From a virus: DNA of 64,000 nt. The position numbers were made by a program, and so were the translations under genes. Position 1 is the stretch's first letter, and every line of letters starts with the position of its first letter. Positions 1 to 10,546 of the stretch are shown here, piece by piece. The DNA lies in the IMG/VR virus record IMGVR_UViG_3300033153_008203, positions 64,001 through 128,000 of that record. One strand, 5' to 3'. A model generated the notes under the pieces. It made no database searches and was not told the origin of the DNA. It saw only the letters and a program-made list of their open reading frames with translations.

Positions 1-711
1 TAAACTGTTTCCAATCTTATTCCAATCACTTCCATCAAACCTGTATGTCTCAAGATCCTCTTGTATGCAGGCAATATCAGTACTACTCAATGCTGTTAGT
101 GCTGGTATTGTTGCTCCTGTTATTATAAGATCATTTCCAACCTGGGACCACGTACTACCGTTAAATCTATATACTCTTAACTCTTGATTGCTATCATCTA
201 TAAATGCTACATCCGTTTCGCTAATAGTAGCTAATGCTGGATTTCCTATCGGAGTTACACTTAATCCACTCCCAACCAAACTCCATGTACTACCTCCAAA
301 CCTATATACTCTTAAGCTTTCCAAAATAGTATCTACAAAAACCACATCGGTACTATTAAGTGCGCATATTGCTGGATACCCTATCCCTGAAAGCGTAAAA
401 GCGCTCCCAACAAGAGCCCAAGTATTTCCGTCAAACCTGTAGGTTCTTAGCTCGTCATTATTAGAATCAACATAAGCTACATCTGTTCCATTGAGTGCAG
501 CTATTGCCGATAATGACGTGCCAGTAATGTTAAAATCTGTCCCTATCTGAGCAGGAGAAGTCCATGTTATCGAAGATGAACCTGCACCAACAGTTGCACC
601 TGCTTCAATACCATCAAGCTTTATTTTGTCTGCTGCAGCTAATGTCTCAGTGTCTAAAGTAATCGCTCCAAATTTTGGAGTTCCAGTACTTGTTAAGTCT
701 TGTGTTGCCAT
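1..711 (-). CDS. Beta-propeller-like repeat protein, likely receptor-binding or tail appendage (runs off the left edge; absent from the ORF track)
   Basis: Manual translation from ATG at 711 (SD AAGGAG upstream) is open to position 1: MATQDLTSTGTPKFG...DKIKLDGIEAGA, then about four ~45-aa repeats of the form LR(V/T)YRFxGxxWxxVG...PAxxALxxTDVAFVD. It follows the tail-fibre genes. Confidence 0.75.
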   Translation of the reverse strand, partial: MATQDLTSTGTPKFGAITLDTETLAAADKIKLDGIEAGATVGAGSSSITWTSPAQIGTDFNITGTSLSAIAALNGTDVAYVDSNNDELRTYRFDGNTWALVGSAFTLSGIGYPAICALNSTDVVFVDTILESLRVYRFGGSTWSLVGSGLSVTPIGNPALATISETDVAFIDDSNQELRVYRFNGSTWSQVGNDLIITGATIPALTALSSTDIACIQEDLETYRFDGSDWNKIGNSL

Positions 712-722
712 TTTATATCTCC

Positions 723-2549
723 TTATGCAGCTGCTATTGTTGTTACTGTTCCAGAAGAACCAACATACTTTAAAGCACCATTTTCTACGTACATTATCCC
801 TCCACTTGTTGGAGCAGAAGGAGCTGACGTTACATTTGACAATTGCATATTGTCATTGTCCCCAGTAAACAAGCCTTCTACTTTTACATTAATTTCATGA
901 AGCACCATCTCTACGGTTCCTTCAGTGAACTCATCGTAAAAGTCTTCTACTTCAATGTCTGTTGCATAGTGCTCACCAGTAGTGGGTTGAACTGGTCCAC
1001 CACTAAGTATTTCTGTGTAGCCAGCTTTATGAGCATCGAATGTCGTAATTAAGTTATAGTCTGCTAAAGCACTCTCTAAAGCAAACACTTCAGAATGCCT
1101 TTCATTTCCATGTATTGATGCTGTACGAGCATTAGTTAGTCTGTAATCACCTTCTGAAATATAGTTACCATGATCATAGCCTTCAAGAGTATCTAATGCA
1201 GTATCTATTGCTGCATGAGTTCTTGTTCCTGCTACTCCAGTAAGATCAGAGTGATTCTTAGTTGCTAAGTCAGCAAGATCTGATCCTGTCGTGTTTAAAT
1301 TATCCCAGTCAAGCTCTTCTGCACTAGCATTTATCTCAGTCATAAGAGCAGCTGCAGTTATCTGTGCAGCAGTAACACTATGAGGGTTGCTTGAATTGGC
1401 TTCATGAGCATCAAAGCCTACCTCTAGATCGTCTATTGCTTGGTCTAGTTTGGCAAGCGCTTGTGTTACGGAATCAGATACGGCGGTTAAATATCTAAGT
1501 GTAGTTCCTTCAGGTGCGAAGTCTGCATAAGGAGGTACTGCGTCTGATGCATCTATGCCCAGAACTGACCTTATATTTGAAAGGTCGTCCCCGCCCAAAT
1601 CAGCAATATCAAGTCCATGAGGATTAACATCTGATGCTGTACCGCCACCAACATTGTTTATGTGTCCGTCTAACGTTACTGGTGCACCACCGTATGGCTC
1701 ACCTGCATCCTCAGTCCATGTACCTGTGCCTTTCAGTAGCCTAATAATAGTTCTAACTACATTTAGATCGCCAAGTATATTGATTGGATCATTACCTATA
1801 GTAAATGTGTCTATAGCACCATCACCAGACTTAGCCAGTTTAGTCTGAAGTATATCAGCACTAGCGTTAACATCAGCATTAACTATATCGTGAACCAAAG
1901 ATATATCAGTAGTCCATGTTCCGCCATGCATTGCAAGAATACTTGTTAGAGCGTCATTTACACTGGCACCTGTTCCACCAACACCAAAATGAGATATTCC
2001 GTCACCATCTAATACGCTTGCTGTACCATACAAATCTTTAGCTAACTGGTTTACATTGTACTCATTAGTTTGAGATCTAGAAAGAATACTAATGCCAGTA
2101 AAAGAATAATCTTCGTCAAATAGTTCTAGGCCAATAGCGCGTTTCTGATCATGAGTCAATACTCCAGCTGCATCAGATATCAGTGCAGCCAAGTCATTGT
2201 AGTTCGATTCGACTTCGTCTTTTATTGAGTCTATCGTTTCTTTAACTGTTAATGGCCTACTATATGTTGTGCTCCAAAGCTCACCATTATCACTTGTACT
2301 TGTAGCATTACTGTCTGTGTAAAGCTGTGTTCCATCGAGCCCATTTAAGAATGCGTCTACATTGACATCGTCTGTGCCATCTGGTACGGCAGCCAAAAGA
2401 GGATGCAACTTGCTATTCCATTCAGAAGTTATTGCTGCAAGATCAGTAGCTATCTCGTCGATTGTATCATTCCAAGAATCAGATGTTCTTGGCCCACGAT
2501 ATGCAACGTTTCTCTTTATAAGTGAAAGCGCTAATTGGTTTATAGACAA
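723..2549 (-). CDS. Tail fibre or baseplate-attached fibre protein
   Basis: 608 aa, TTG start with AGGAGG SD. His-containing fibre motifs (HINN..NPHGL, HEANSSNPHSVT, HGNERH) and a C-terminal 'PSAPTSGGIMYVENGALKYVGSSGTVT' typical of phage fibre modules. Position after the baseplate genes. Confidence 0.6.
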   Translation of the reverse strand: MSINQLALSLIKRNVAYRGPRTSDSWNDTIDEIATDLAAITSEWNSKLHPLLAAVPDGTDDVNVDAFLNGLDGTQLYTDSNATSTSDNGELWSTTYSRPLTVKETIDSIKDEVESNYNDLAALISDAAGVLTHDQKRAIGLELFDEDYSFTGISILSRSQTNEYNVNQLAKDLYGTASVLDGDGISHFGVGGTGASVNDALTSILAMHGGTWTTDISLVHDIVNADVNASADILQTKLAKSGDGAIDTFTIGNDPINILGDLNVVRTIIRLLKGTGTWTEDAGEPYGGAPVTLDGHINNVGGGTASDVNPHGLDIADLGGDDLSNIRSVLGIDASDAVPPYADFAPEGTTLRYLTAVSDSVTQALAKLDQAIDDLEVGFDAHEANSSNPHSVTAAQITAAALMTEINASAEELDWDNLNTTGSDLADLATKNHSDLTGVAGTRTHAAIDTALDTLEGYDHGNYISEGDYRLTNARTASIHGNERHSEVFALESALADYNLITTFDAHKAGYTEILSGGPVQPTTGEHYATDIEVEDFYDEFTEGTVEMVLHEINVKVEGLFTGDNDNMQLSNVTSAPSAPTSGGIMYVENGALKYVGSSGTVTTIAAA

Positions 2550-2561
2550 AATAACCTCCTG

Positions 2562-4589
2562 TTAATTTCCAACTTTAATTCTGTATCCTGTGAATATAGG
2601 ACTTACGTCTTGATTTTCTGTTTTTAATATTACCTTAAGCCTTATAGAATCTACGCTACTCGAAATCATTCTACTAGTAATATAAAAGGATTCGTCTTGA
2701 AAATCGGATACATTATTGTCATATTTCACAAAAAACTTAAGGATATTACTATTATTTATAATAGAATATCTTGTATAATCATCGCTTAAAACGTTATAGT
2801 TAAAATCAAATAACGTTGAATACTTCATCATGTACGATGCGTACAAATCAACTCCTGAATACACCTCTGTTCCTGAGTATGATGTTGCTCCTGCATAGTC
2901 AAAGCTCTCTATTATTAGCTTATGATTATACGGATAAAGCGTGTCCACTTGTGTGAAGTCTTCTTCTGTTTCAGGATCAAATGCGCTAGGAAGAATCTTC
3001 CAATTCGATTTATGAGTTTTAAATTTATGGGCGCCACCACCTATAAATACTGTTCCTGTTACTCTCTGTGCGTCAAGTTCTGCAACGGTATCGCCAAGCT
3101 CTATGTATATGCCGGCCTCATTATCTATATTTATATATGTTGTATAGAACGTCTCATCAAATTGCCACCCACTTACTATACCTCTTGTAAGGACAGGGTC
3201 ATCATTTTGGCCTACATCTCTCCATATCTTTATATATTCATATGGAGACTCTTGAGTGCTAACATCAATAGTATAATCAAGTAGCCTATCATTATTGTTT
3301 TTATATGTATATTGCGTGCTAAGATCCAGCTTAACATCCGTTCCTGACTCTACATCAGAGCTACCACCAAGCTTAAGAATTTTCGGATAAGGAGAGCTGA
3401 CTTGATTCAAAGGAGATATCCCTGACCATGTTTGCATATCATCAGATGAGACTAGGTACTCTATCTCTGTTCCTTCTGGCAAAATCTCACATACCTCACA
3501 TGAGATAATGTTAAAATTCTTTTTCACTGGAGGAGTAACGTCAGTATCATATACAGATAGTTCTTCTGTTATAAGTTCTCCAGACATAGCAGAATAAGAT
3601 CTTGAAAAGAACGAGATATTTTTTGCTCCAAACTCATATACGTATGATGTCCCGTCCTCATAGTCGTGGCCATTCTTTGTCATTATAAACTTAATATATT
3701 TTGCATCTATAGACTGGAAATCAAAAAAACCTGTTGATATTACGCTTTGAGGATTGTTTATTGTCTCAACATTAAACCAGTTATAATCGTCTATTGAATA
3801 TTGTGCCTGTAAATCTATTGTTGAACTAGTATCAGATGAATGCGATACAAACTCTATCCTATTAATAGAGATTGGCTCATCTGATATCTTTACTTTAAGC
3901 TCAACGTCAACATGTTTGTCATATGTTCCCATGAACACTCTATGTTGCCATACGTTAGATGCATCTTTAAACGCATTTAACACAGACAATCCTGGCATAA
4001 CACTATAGCTTAACAGACTCTCTCTAGTTATAGGATTAAATACTACATCCTCAGCAAATAGAGAGTTCAGATTTACCATTTGTTTTGATATAGGATCAAC
4101 TGGTAATGCAACTGTATGATTGTCTAAATTTATTTCAACGGAACTATTGACGATATCTAGTGCATTGGCATCATCTAAATGATCCTCAAGCATATCAAAA
4201 TATCCAGCAGTATCTTTCTTTAAAAGAAGAAGAGAATTAAGGCTAGCCTTAAGCTGCTGTGTCTTTCTTGATAAGTCTATAAGCTTTAATTTCCATCTTT
4301 CAAAATTGCCAGCCCTTGTCTCTGCAATCATAAGAATAGCATCATATGCATCTTCTAGATCCATGTGTATCTGATCAATAGCAGTATTGTATGCAGATGA
4401 GCTAGACTCTGATCTTTCTTGGACTGTAGCACTCTCAAGATTAAAGTTCTTATCAGTTATACTAACCTCTTCTAATAGTATGGCTAATTCTTCCAACACT
4501 TCCGATGCACTGATATCAATCCCTTGCTGCAAGTTAGTCTTGATTATGTTCTCTAGGCTTTTATTTATTTTTATATCAATTAGTGACAT
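2562..4589 (-). CDS. Baseplate/tail-associated structural protein (paralog 3 of a triplet)
   Basis: 675 aa. N-terminal coiled coil, a discoidin/galactose-binding-like segment (LNAFKDASNVW) and C-terminal SPIFTGYRI, an architecture shared with the two upstream genes. Confidence 0.55.
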   Translation of the reverse strand: MSLIDIKINKSLENIIKTNLQQGIDISASEVLEELAILLEEVSITDKNFNLESATVQERSESSSSAYNTAIDQIHMDLEDAYDAILMIAETRAGNFERWKLKLIDLSRKTQQLKASLNSLLLLKKDTAGYFDMLEDHLDDANALDIVNSSVEINLDNHTVALPVDPISKQMVNLNSLFAEDVVFNPITRESLLSYSVMPGLSVLNAFKDASNVWQHRVFMGTYDKHVDVELKVKISDEPISINRIEFVSHSSDTSSTIDLQAQYSIDDYNWFNVETINNPQSVISTGFFDFQSIDAKYIKFIMTKNGHDYEDGTSYVYEFGAKNISFFSRSYSAMSGELITEELSVYDTDVTPPVKKNFNIISCEVCEILPEGTEIEYLVSSDDMQTWSGISPLNQVSSPYPKILKLGGSSDVESGTDVKLDLSTQYTYKNNNDRLLDYTIDVSTQESPYEYIKIWRDVGQNDDPVLTRGIVSGWQFDETFYTTYINIDNEAGIYIELGDTVAELDAQRVTGTVFIGGGAHKFKTHKSNWKILPSAFDPETEEDFTQVDTLYPYNHKLIIESFDYAGATSYSGTEVYSGVDLYASYMMKYSTLFDFNYNVLSDDYTRYSIINNSNILKFFVKYDNNVSDFQDESFYITSRMISSSVDSIRLKVILKTENQDVSPIFTGYRIKVGN

Positions 4590-4596
4590 ATAATTC

Positions 4597-7500
4597 CTAT
4601 ATAATATTGTCTTTATCTATTATTGAAATTGCATACCCATCTACATACGGAGTGTAGTATGGCTCTAGTTCCGCTAGAGAACCTTCTTCTTTATCTACGT
4701 AGTTATACAGAACTTTTAGTATGAACTTAAATGAAGTCTCTCTAGTCTTAGATATTGTTTCTATTACCTCGTTATCGCTAACTACTACAGAGTTTCGCTC
4801 TGCATCATAGTAATAGTTCTCGTCACTTATTATTCTAGAGATATTGTATGCTACCTCATAATTAGAAAACTCATAGTCTATAATAGTGCTCTGATATATG
4901 TCTTCGTATGAGTAAAGAATGCCATTTTTATAGTCTACAGAATATTTCCCGCTCATATCAAATGTTGTTTCAGAGTAATAGTATGACACTGTTATACTAT
5001 TAGGCACAATATCATAAACGTATACTTGAGCATTCTCATAATCTATAGAGTATTCTCCTGTTGCATCTGGTGTCTCAGGGTAGGTCAACTCTTTTGTCGG
5101 ATCAAAAATAGCATGATTCGAAAAAAATGGCCTAGGATCAGAAGACAATTCAATACCGGTAGTAGAGAAAGCTTTAAACTGAAAATTCGAATTGAGACTA
5201 CCGCTACTAGGGACATCTTCATCAGATGCTTGTATTAAATTAGTAAGCTCAGCTATTCCATCTACATACGCTACTTCAGTAGTCAGTTTTCCGTTAGGAT
5301 TATTGACTTCATGAATCTCTTCTTTAATGGCTATGCTACCTGGCTCAACATAGCTGTTAGCCAACTGTACCGTCTTAACATCTTGATCAATAGTTTCACC
5401 TGAAACTAGCGCAGTCGTATACGAGTCAGTAGCAATCTGTATCTGGTTTTTAAGTCCAGCACCATCAACAGAAGAATAGAATTCCCACTCATTATTGTCA
5501 AGCTTCGTTCTTGGCGTATACAAATATGAAATACTTGATGACGCAACATCATCAGCAGGCTTATGTGAATACATTATACCATCTCTATAGTTTATAGAGT
5601 AGTCCCCTTGATCTACTATTTCTGACTGACCATCAATATATGTCTTCTTTGTCTGGAATGTCGTAGAAGATTCATCTATAAACTCAAACGCTGAATCAAC
5701 AGTTATATTATTGTTCTTAAGCCTGTGTATTGTGGCTCCTTTTTTTAATAACTCTCCGCTAACACTTTTTTCTTCGCCTATCTTGTATATAGCGAAGTTC
5801 GCTTTGTCTGCATCAGCATCAAAATTTATTTTAGATATCCTGTCCTTCTCTATCCATATTCTTTCTGGCTTAAAATTTATTTCTATTCTGCTACCGGATA
5901 TAGGAACTGCGCCTTTTGTGCCATCGCCAAACCTAAGCAGGCCTAACTCGTAGTCTATTGTATAGTCTGTATCAGTACTAGTAGAAGATTCAAAGTCTGC
6001 TTCCCTATTCCAAATGCTTCCTCCAACCCATATCTGCTCAGTATTTCTTTCAAAGTTGCTCCATGGTAAAGAGAATTGCTGAGACGCCTCACCTGATGAT
6101 ACTCCTATCGTCTTCTTTCTTGAGTCGTTTCCAACAGAACCATATATAGGGTCTAACACCAATATTGCACTTGGTATTGGAGACTCTGAAAGCGTCATTA
6201 ATAGTGGAGCCTTATCTGATACATTGAATGTCTCTGCAAGCTCTTTAGTTGTGCTAGACAAAACAGAAGACACTGATGAGAACTCCTTATCATTTCTCTT
6301 CAAATTAATCTTATATCTTATAAAGTCTACAGGTGCACTAGTATTAATAGAGTCTTCATCTACTGTATTGAAGTTCAGTATTTCAGATTTTCCAGCCACC
6401 TGTATATTTCTTGGCTGTATCTCATGCCATGTAATTCCGTCATCTGGAGATATAAAGTGAGTCACAGTTGCAAGCGCTGCCTCTTTTTCTTTGACTTCAC
6501 TAGATTGTAATGACACTTTTTTTATCTCGCTTGGAGCATAGAATCTTTTTGAAACTATTTCACTCTCTTTCTCATATGTGCTACTGTATATCTCTATGTC
6601 CTTTATTCCTATCGCATATCTTATCTTTGTGCCAGAAGAAGTTTCTATAGGATAATAGTCGTACTGTCTAAGCACGATATGCAAGTACTTTATACTTCTT
6701 GGAAAGAACGAGAATACACCTTTACCCTTGTGCTTAGAAGACTTAGAAGACAACTCAAACTCATCTTCCTTTTTTTCATGAAGAAAATCTAACGCAAACT
6801 TTGATGTCTCTATTGCTGTCCAAGTTGAACCATCAATAGATGTTTCTATAACCTCTATCTTAACAGGATTTTTTGTACCAAAATTATTTGGATCTATTAT
6901 GATATTATTTACTGCGCTTATTTCTTCTAGCTCAAGAACTATGTCTAATGTTACAGGCTCATTACGAGGAGTACTTTCATTAGTGACTGCCTCATATTCA
7001 AACCAGGTATCAGGATTAGAGTCTAATATCTTGTTTATATTGTCATTTGTATTAGCATCAATCTGATGATTGTTTCCAGGAGTCCCATTGCTTGCCTCAT
7101 TTATCATTACCTTAGAGACTCGTCTGATAGGAGAGTCTTCATTATTCTTTGCTAATGTTATAGCTCCTGCAGAACCATTTAGACTTGCTTTAGTCGCATT
7201 CAAAAACGATATATCGCTTTCTATTTTTGACACATCATTGAAACTGTCAGCATAATATGTTATTCCTGCTGCCACACTATCGGTATATATACCGTAATCC
7301 AGTAGCATTGAATTGATTTGCCTTGCCTCTTTAGCTATTCTATCAGACTCTGACACAATATAATTGAATGACGACACTATGCTTTGCTCAAGATCATCTA
7401 CGCTTTCAAACAAGATCTCAAGGTTAGCAAGAATATTTGTTAGGTTCTCATTGTAAAGATCTACATCTGGTAGTGCTCCTGCAAGAACATGTTTCTTTTT

Positions 7501-7683
7501 GCCTATAGGCCTGCCTAAACTTTTGTTAAATTCAGACAACATTGATGATGCATCTAATAGCGCATCTTCTACAGAAAAGAATTTTCCGGATTGCTGGGCA
7601 TTATTTATCCTATCTGACACAGTATTTAACTGTATATCAAATAATTTTGATGGCTGTATTCTTGTATCTTTATTAAGCTCCAT
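4597..7683 (-). CDS. Large baseplate/tail-associated structural protein (paralog 2 of a triplet)
   Basis: Track ORF 4597..7701; more likely start is MELNKD at 7683 (GAGGT SD). Coiled coil, NKILDSNPDTWF discoidin-like segment, repeated (G)DY(S/T)IDY modules, 'LRFGDGTKGAVP' baseplate-wedge motif, C-terminal TPYVDGYAI. Confidence 0.6.
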   Translation of the reverse strand: MELNKDTRIQPSKLFDIQLNTVSDRINNAQQSGKFFSVEDALLDASSMLSEFNKSLGRPIGKKKHVLAGALPDVDLYNENLTNILANLEILFESVDDLEQSIVSSFNYIVSESDRIAKEARQINSMLLDYGIYTDSVAAGITYYADSFNDVSKIESDISFLNATKASLNGSAGAITLAKNNEDSPIRRVSKVMINEASNGTPGNNHQIDANTNDNINKILDSNPDTWFEYEAVTNESTPRNEPVTLDIVLELEEISAVNNIIIDPNNFGTKNPVKIEVIETSIDGSTWTAIETSKFALDFLHEKKEDEFELSSKSSKHKGKGVFSFFPRSIKYLHIVLRQYDYYPIETSSGTKIRYAIGIKDIEIYSSTYEKESEIVSKRFYAPSEIKKVSLQSSEVKEKEAALATVTHFISPDDGITWHEIQPRNIQVAGKSEILNFNTVDEDSINTSAPVDFIRYKINLKRNDKEFSSVSSVLSSTTKELAETFNVSDKAPLLMTLSESPIPSAILVLDPIYGSVGNDSRKKTIGVSSGEASQQFSLPWSNFERNTEQIWVGGSIWNREADFESSTSTDTDYTIDYELGLLRFGDGTKGAVPISGSRIEINFKPERIWIEKDRISKINFDADADKANFAIYKIGEEKSVSGELLKKGATIHRLKNNNITVDSAFEFIDESSTTFQTKKTYIDGQSEIVDQGDYSINYRDGIMYSHKPADDVASSSISYLYTPRTKLDNNEWEFYSSVDGAGLKNQIQIATDSYTTALVSGETIDQDVKTVQLANSYVEPGSIAIKEEIHEVNNPNGKLTTEVAYVDGIAELTNLIQASDEDVPSSGSLNSNFQFKAFSTTGIELSSDPRPFFSNHAIFDPTKELTYPETPDATGEYSIDYENAQVYVYDIVPNSITVSYYYSETTFDMSGKYSVDYKNGILYSYEDIYQSTIIDYEFSNYEVAYNISRIISDENYYYDAERNSVVVSDNEVIETISKTRETSFKFILKVLYNYVDKEEGSLAELEPYYTPYVDGYAISIIDKDNII

Positions 7684-9589
7684 TTGCAAACCTCGTCTCA
7701 TCTTTTAATGCAACAAGCATCTTATACTCATCTACAGATGGTGTCACATTTGAATCAAGAACATTTCTTCTCATTAGCGCTACAAGATAGATCTCTGATC
7801 TGGCTACAGAAAAAGCTGGCCTATCTAAAGTAAACTCTATCATATTATTATTATCCATAAAGATAGTTGCCGCGCTATTAATATATATCTCTCTTTTTGG
7901 CTCATACGATATAGTATATGTTGCAGAAACATCAAACACTACACCATTAGGAGGGTAGTGCAAAAACGTTATCTTAGTACCGTTCTCATTAATCTCATAT
8001 ATATCAGATACTGATGCATCCTCTCCTTCTACTCTTCCAGTTAAAGCTGTTTGATTCTCACTAAAATACACTAAGACTGAAGCTGTCTTTGCACGAAATC
8101 TCAAGATTGCTTCTCTGGATTCCTTATTAATAACCAGATATTCTTTTCTGATTGTAGAAGTTGTATTCGGCAATATATTAAACGTTTCTGTATCTATGAG
8201 AATGTCCGATGAATCATAGTTTTGTTTTCTAATAGAATACTCTACGCTTCCTTTAGGCAATATCGATGTGCCTGAATCTATGTATGTATACTCTTCGTTT
8301 GTATCTAGTGCCATAAGCACCGGTGTATCAACCTTCAAAGGCTTAGATACATATATCCCAGTATCAGTATACATTGCATTTCCAATTCTAATATTATCTA
8401 GGCCTATAATATAGGCGTATCCAGACACTTGAACTTGCTCGGCTTCGCCAGGTATATTAAGCAACTCTATAATTGGTTGATTTGGATCTTGATTATATAG
8501 AGCAGATGACAATGTTGTAACATCTATCTCAGCATCTCTAACCTTAACATCATACAGTGTTGATGCATCACTTGTGTAATATGTTGTTTCTACATGTGTT
8601 TTTTGAAGCAACCCGATTATAATTTTTCTAGCTGTGATCTTAGAAAAAGATATTCTTTTGTGCTCGTCAATAAGTATAGGATCAGATGTTCCGCTGATTT
8701 CAACTAGCTCATCATTGCTATTTATATAGGAGATGTAGCTAATATAGAAATCGTTGTACAGGATCGGATCTAGCTCTATGTGTGATACCTCTCTTAATCC
8801 ATCCATCGTAACTGTTAATTCAACGCTTGCTCCTTCCGGTATGACTTTGTCTGCCATTATGGATGTTGCCCAATATGTTTCTGTCTCGTTGTCTGAAACA
8901 TTGCTTAACTTAAACTCAGGAAAATCAACGTTAAAATATTGCGCATCTGAATTTGTCGTATACTCTATGTCTACATTGGTTATCACATAGTTTTCAGATC
9001 TCTCATATGGTAGAGTCATTGCTTTTGATATTACGTCCACTGCAGCATCATAGTTTTGACCAAGAACAGTCTTAGACCTTCTCTCGTAAAAAAGCTCTGC
9101 TGCGACTTTGCCTTCTGATCTTGCTAGTCTAAGCTCATCCTGGTTAGAGAAATCATTGTACTGAACCACAGAAAATCCTAGACCACTGTTAGCAAGAACC
9201 TCATTCTTTCTTATGTCAACTGTAAGTGATCTTATTGACAAGTCGATATCTTTTATTAGCTTGTCTCTTATTATTGCTCTATGGGCATTTGCTGTATCTG
9301 CTATCAAAGATATTTCATTAAGCAACGTATCTATGTCATCAGAGAATCTATCAAGCATGAAATTAAAAGATTCTGAATCTATTGTCTCTCCCTTGTCTCC
9401 AAGGAATAGCTTTGAAATCGGAATAGGCTTTCCTTGTGACAGTATAGTTGTTAGCTCTTGCAGCTTAGCCCTATACTCTTCAACAGTCTTGATAGCGCCA
9501 CTATTACGTAACTCATTAAGCACAGACATTATCTGCTTGCCTTGTATTGCTGGGATACTCTGTATAAAACTATCTAGATATTTTGACAT
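7673..9589 (-). CDS. Baseplate/tail-associated structural protein (paralog 1 of a triplet)
   Basis: 638 aa. Helical N-terminus, LSNVSDNETETYW discoidin-like segment, C-terminal TPSVDEYKM. Confidence 0.55.
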   Translation of the reverse strand: MSKYLDSFIQSIPAIQGKQIMSVLNELRNSGAIKTVEEYRAKLQELTTILSQGKPIPISKLFLGDKGETIDSESFNFMLDRFSDDIDTLLNEISLIADTANAHRAIIRDKLIKDIDLSIRSLTVDIRKNEVLANSGLGFSVVQYNDFSNQDELRLARSEGKVAAELFYERRSKTVLGQNYDAAVDVISKAMTLPYERSENYVITNVDIEYTTNSDAQYFNVDFPEFKLSNVSDNETETYWATSIMADKVIPEGASVELTVTMDGLREVSHIELDPILYNDFYISYISYINSNDELVEISGTSDPILIDEHKRISFSKITARKIIIGLLQKTHVETTYYTSDASTLYDVKVRDAEIDVTTLSSALYNQDPNQPIIELLNIPGEAEQVQVSGYAYIIGLDNIRIGNAMYTDTGIYVSKPLKVDTPVLMALDTNEEYTYIDSGTSILPKGSVEYSIRKQNYDSSDILIDTETFNILPNTTSTIRKEYLVINKESREAILRFRAKTASVLVYFSENQTALTGRVEGEDASVSDIYEINENGTKITFLHYPPNGVVFDVSATYTISYEPKREIYINSAATIFMDNNNMIEFTLDRPAFSVARSEIYLVALMRRNVLDSNVTPSVDEYKMLVALKDETRFANGA

Positions 9590-9592
9590 AAT

Positions 9593-10537
9593 TTATATCT
9601 TATATGTTAGTGCTGTTGCAAACTGCCTAGTATATGCAGACAAGTCTGTGTACGTTAGTTCAGATGGAGCTACTATTTTAAATTTAACGGAAATAGATTG
9701 GTTTATAAGCATCTCTCCATTAAGTTGATCTGGCTCATGGCCTCCAACTACAGAGTCAATTGTTACTGGTATTGCATGTGTCTTATCACTGCCTTGAAGA
9801 CTTTTAAACTTTGTCCATGCAGACCTAGTTGACACAGATGAAATAATTGCTGTATTTTCTTCGTCATCAGAAACAGTATCTGCCGGCAAAAACTCTCCAG
9901 TTGGATCACTAACTATTATACTATTGTCTTCAACTTTTACTATGATTGACACTGCATAGCTTGGAGAACCTATAATGGTTGATCCTTCAGAAAATGCAGA
10001 CGCATCATCAACAGCCAAAACAGTATACTCGTCTGAAAATACTCCAAGATAATTCTGGTTTACGTAGACTCCTGCATCAGTTACGGATGACACTACAGCT
10101 GTGCCTGTGCCACCATTAGATACTGTCTCACCATCTTGAAAGGTTCCAGAAATTACAGTAACACATAGTGTTACATCGTCTGTGTCTATTGCAGATAGAG
10201 TTGCTGTTGCTCCAGAGGTTACTCCAGTTACCGTGTCATCAATGTTAAAATTAGCGATAATATTAACATGCAAAGATACGATAGAATCACTTCCCCATTC
10301 TAAAAGTTCTGCTAAATCTTTTTCTCTTGTAGATCCGCCAGTATACGAAGAATCATACTTTGCCGTATAAAAACCTACATTATATATCTTAGATGTGTTT
10401 GTATGCCTGATAAACAGTTGCGTCTCTAAAGACTCTGCTGTAGGACTTATGCCTTCACCAGCTACTTCCTCGTATACCACATCATCAGAAATCTGATATC
10501 CATTATGTGTATCCGACCATATAATTTCTACTGCCAT
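9593..10537 (-). CDS. Virion structural protein with short internal beta repeats
   Basis: 314 aa. Repeats FNIDDTVTGVTSGATA / FQDGETVSNGGTGTA / FSEGSTIIGSPSYA / FLPADTVSDDEENTA. Lies in the baseplate cluster. Confidence 0.5.
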   Translation of the reverse strand: MAVEIIWSDTHNGYQISDDVVYEEVAGEGISPTAESLETQLFIRHTNTSKIYNVGFYTAKYDSSYTGGSTREKDLAELLEWGSDSIVSLHVNIIANFNIDDTVTGVTSGATATLSAIDTDDVTLCVTVISGTFQDGETVSNGGTGTAVVSSVTDAGVYVNQNYLGVFSDEYTVLAVDDASAFSEGSTIIGSPSYAVSIIVKVEDNSIIVSDPTGEFLPADTVSDDEENTAIISSVSTRSAWTKFKSLQGSDKTHAIPVTIDSVVGGHEPDQLNGEMLINQSISVKFKIVAPSELTYTDLSAYTRQFATALTYKI

Positions 10538-10546
10538 ACTATCTCC

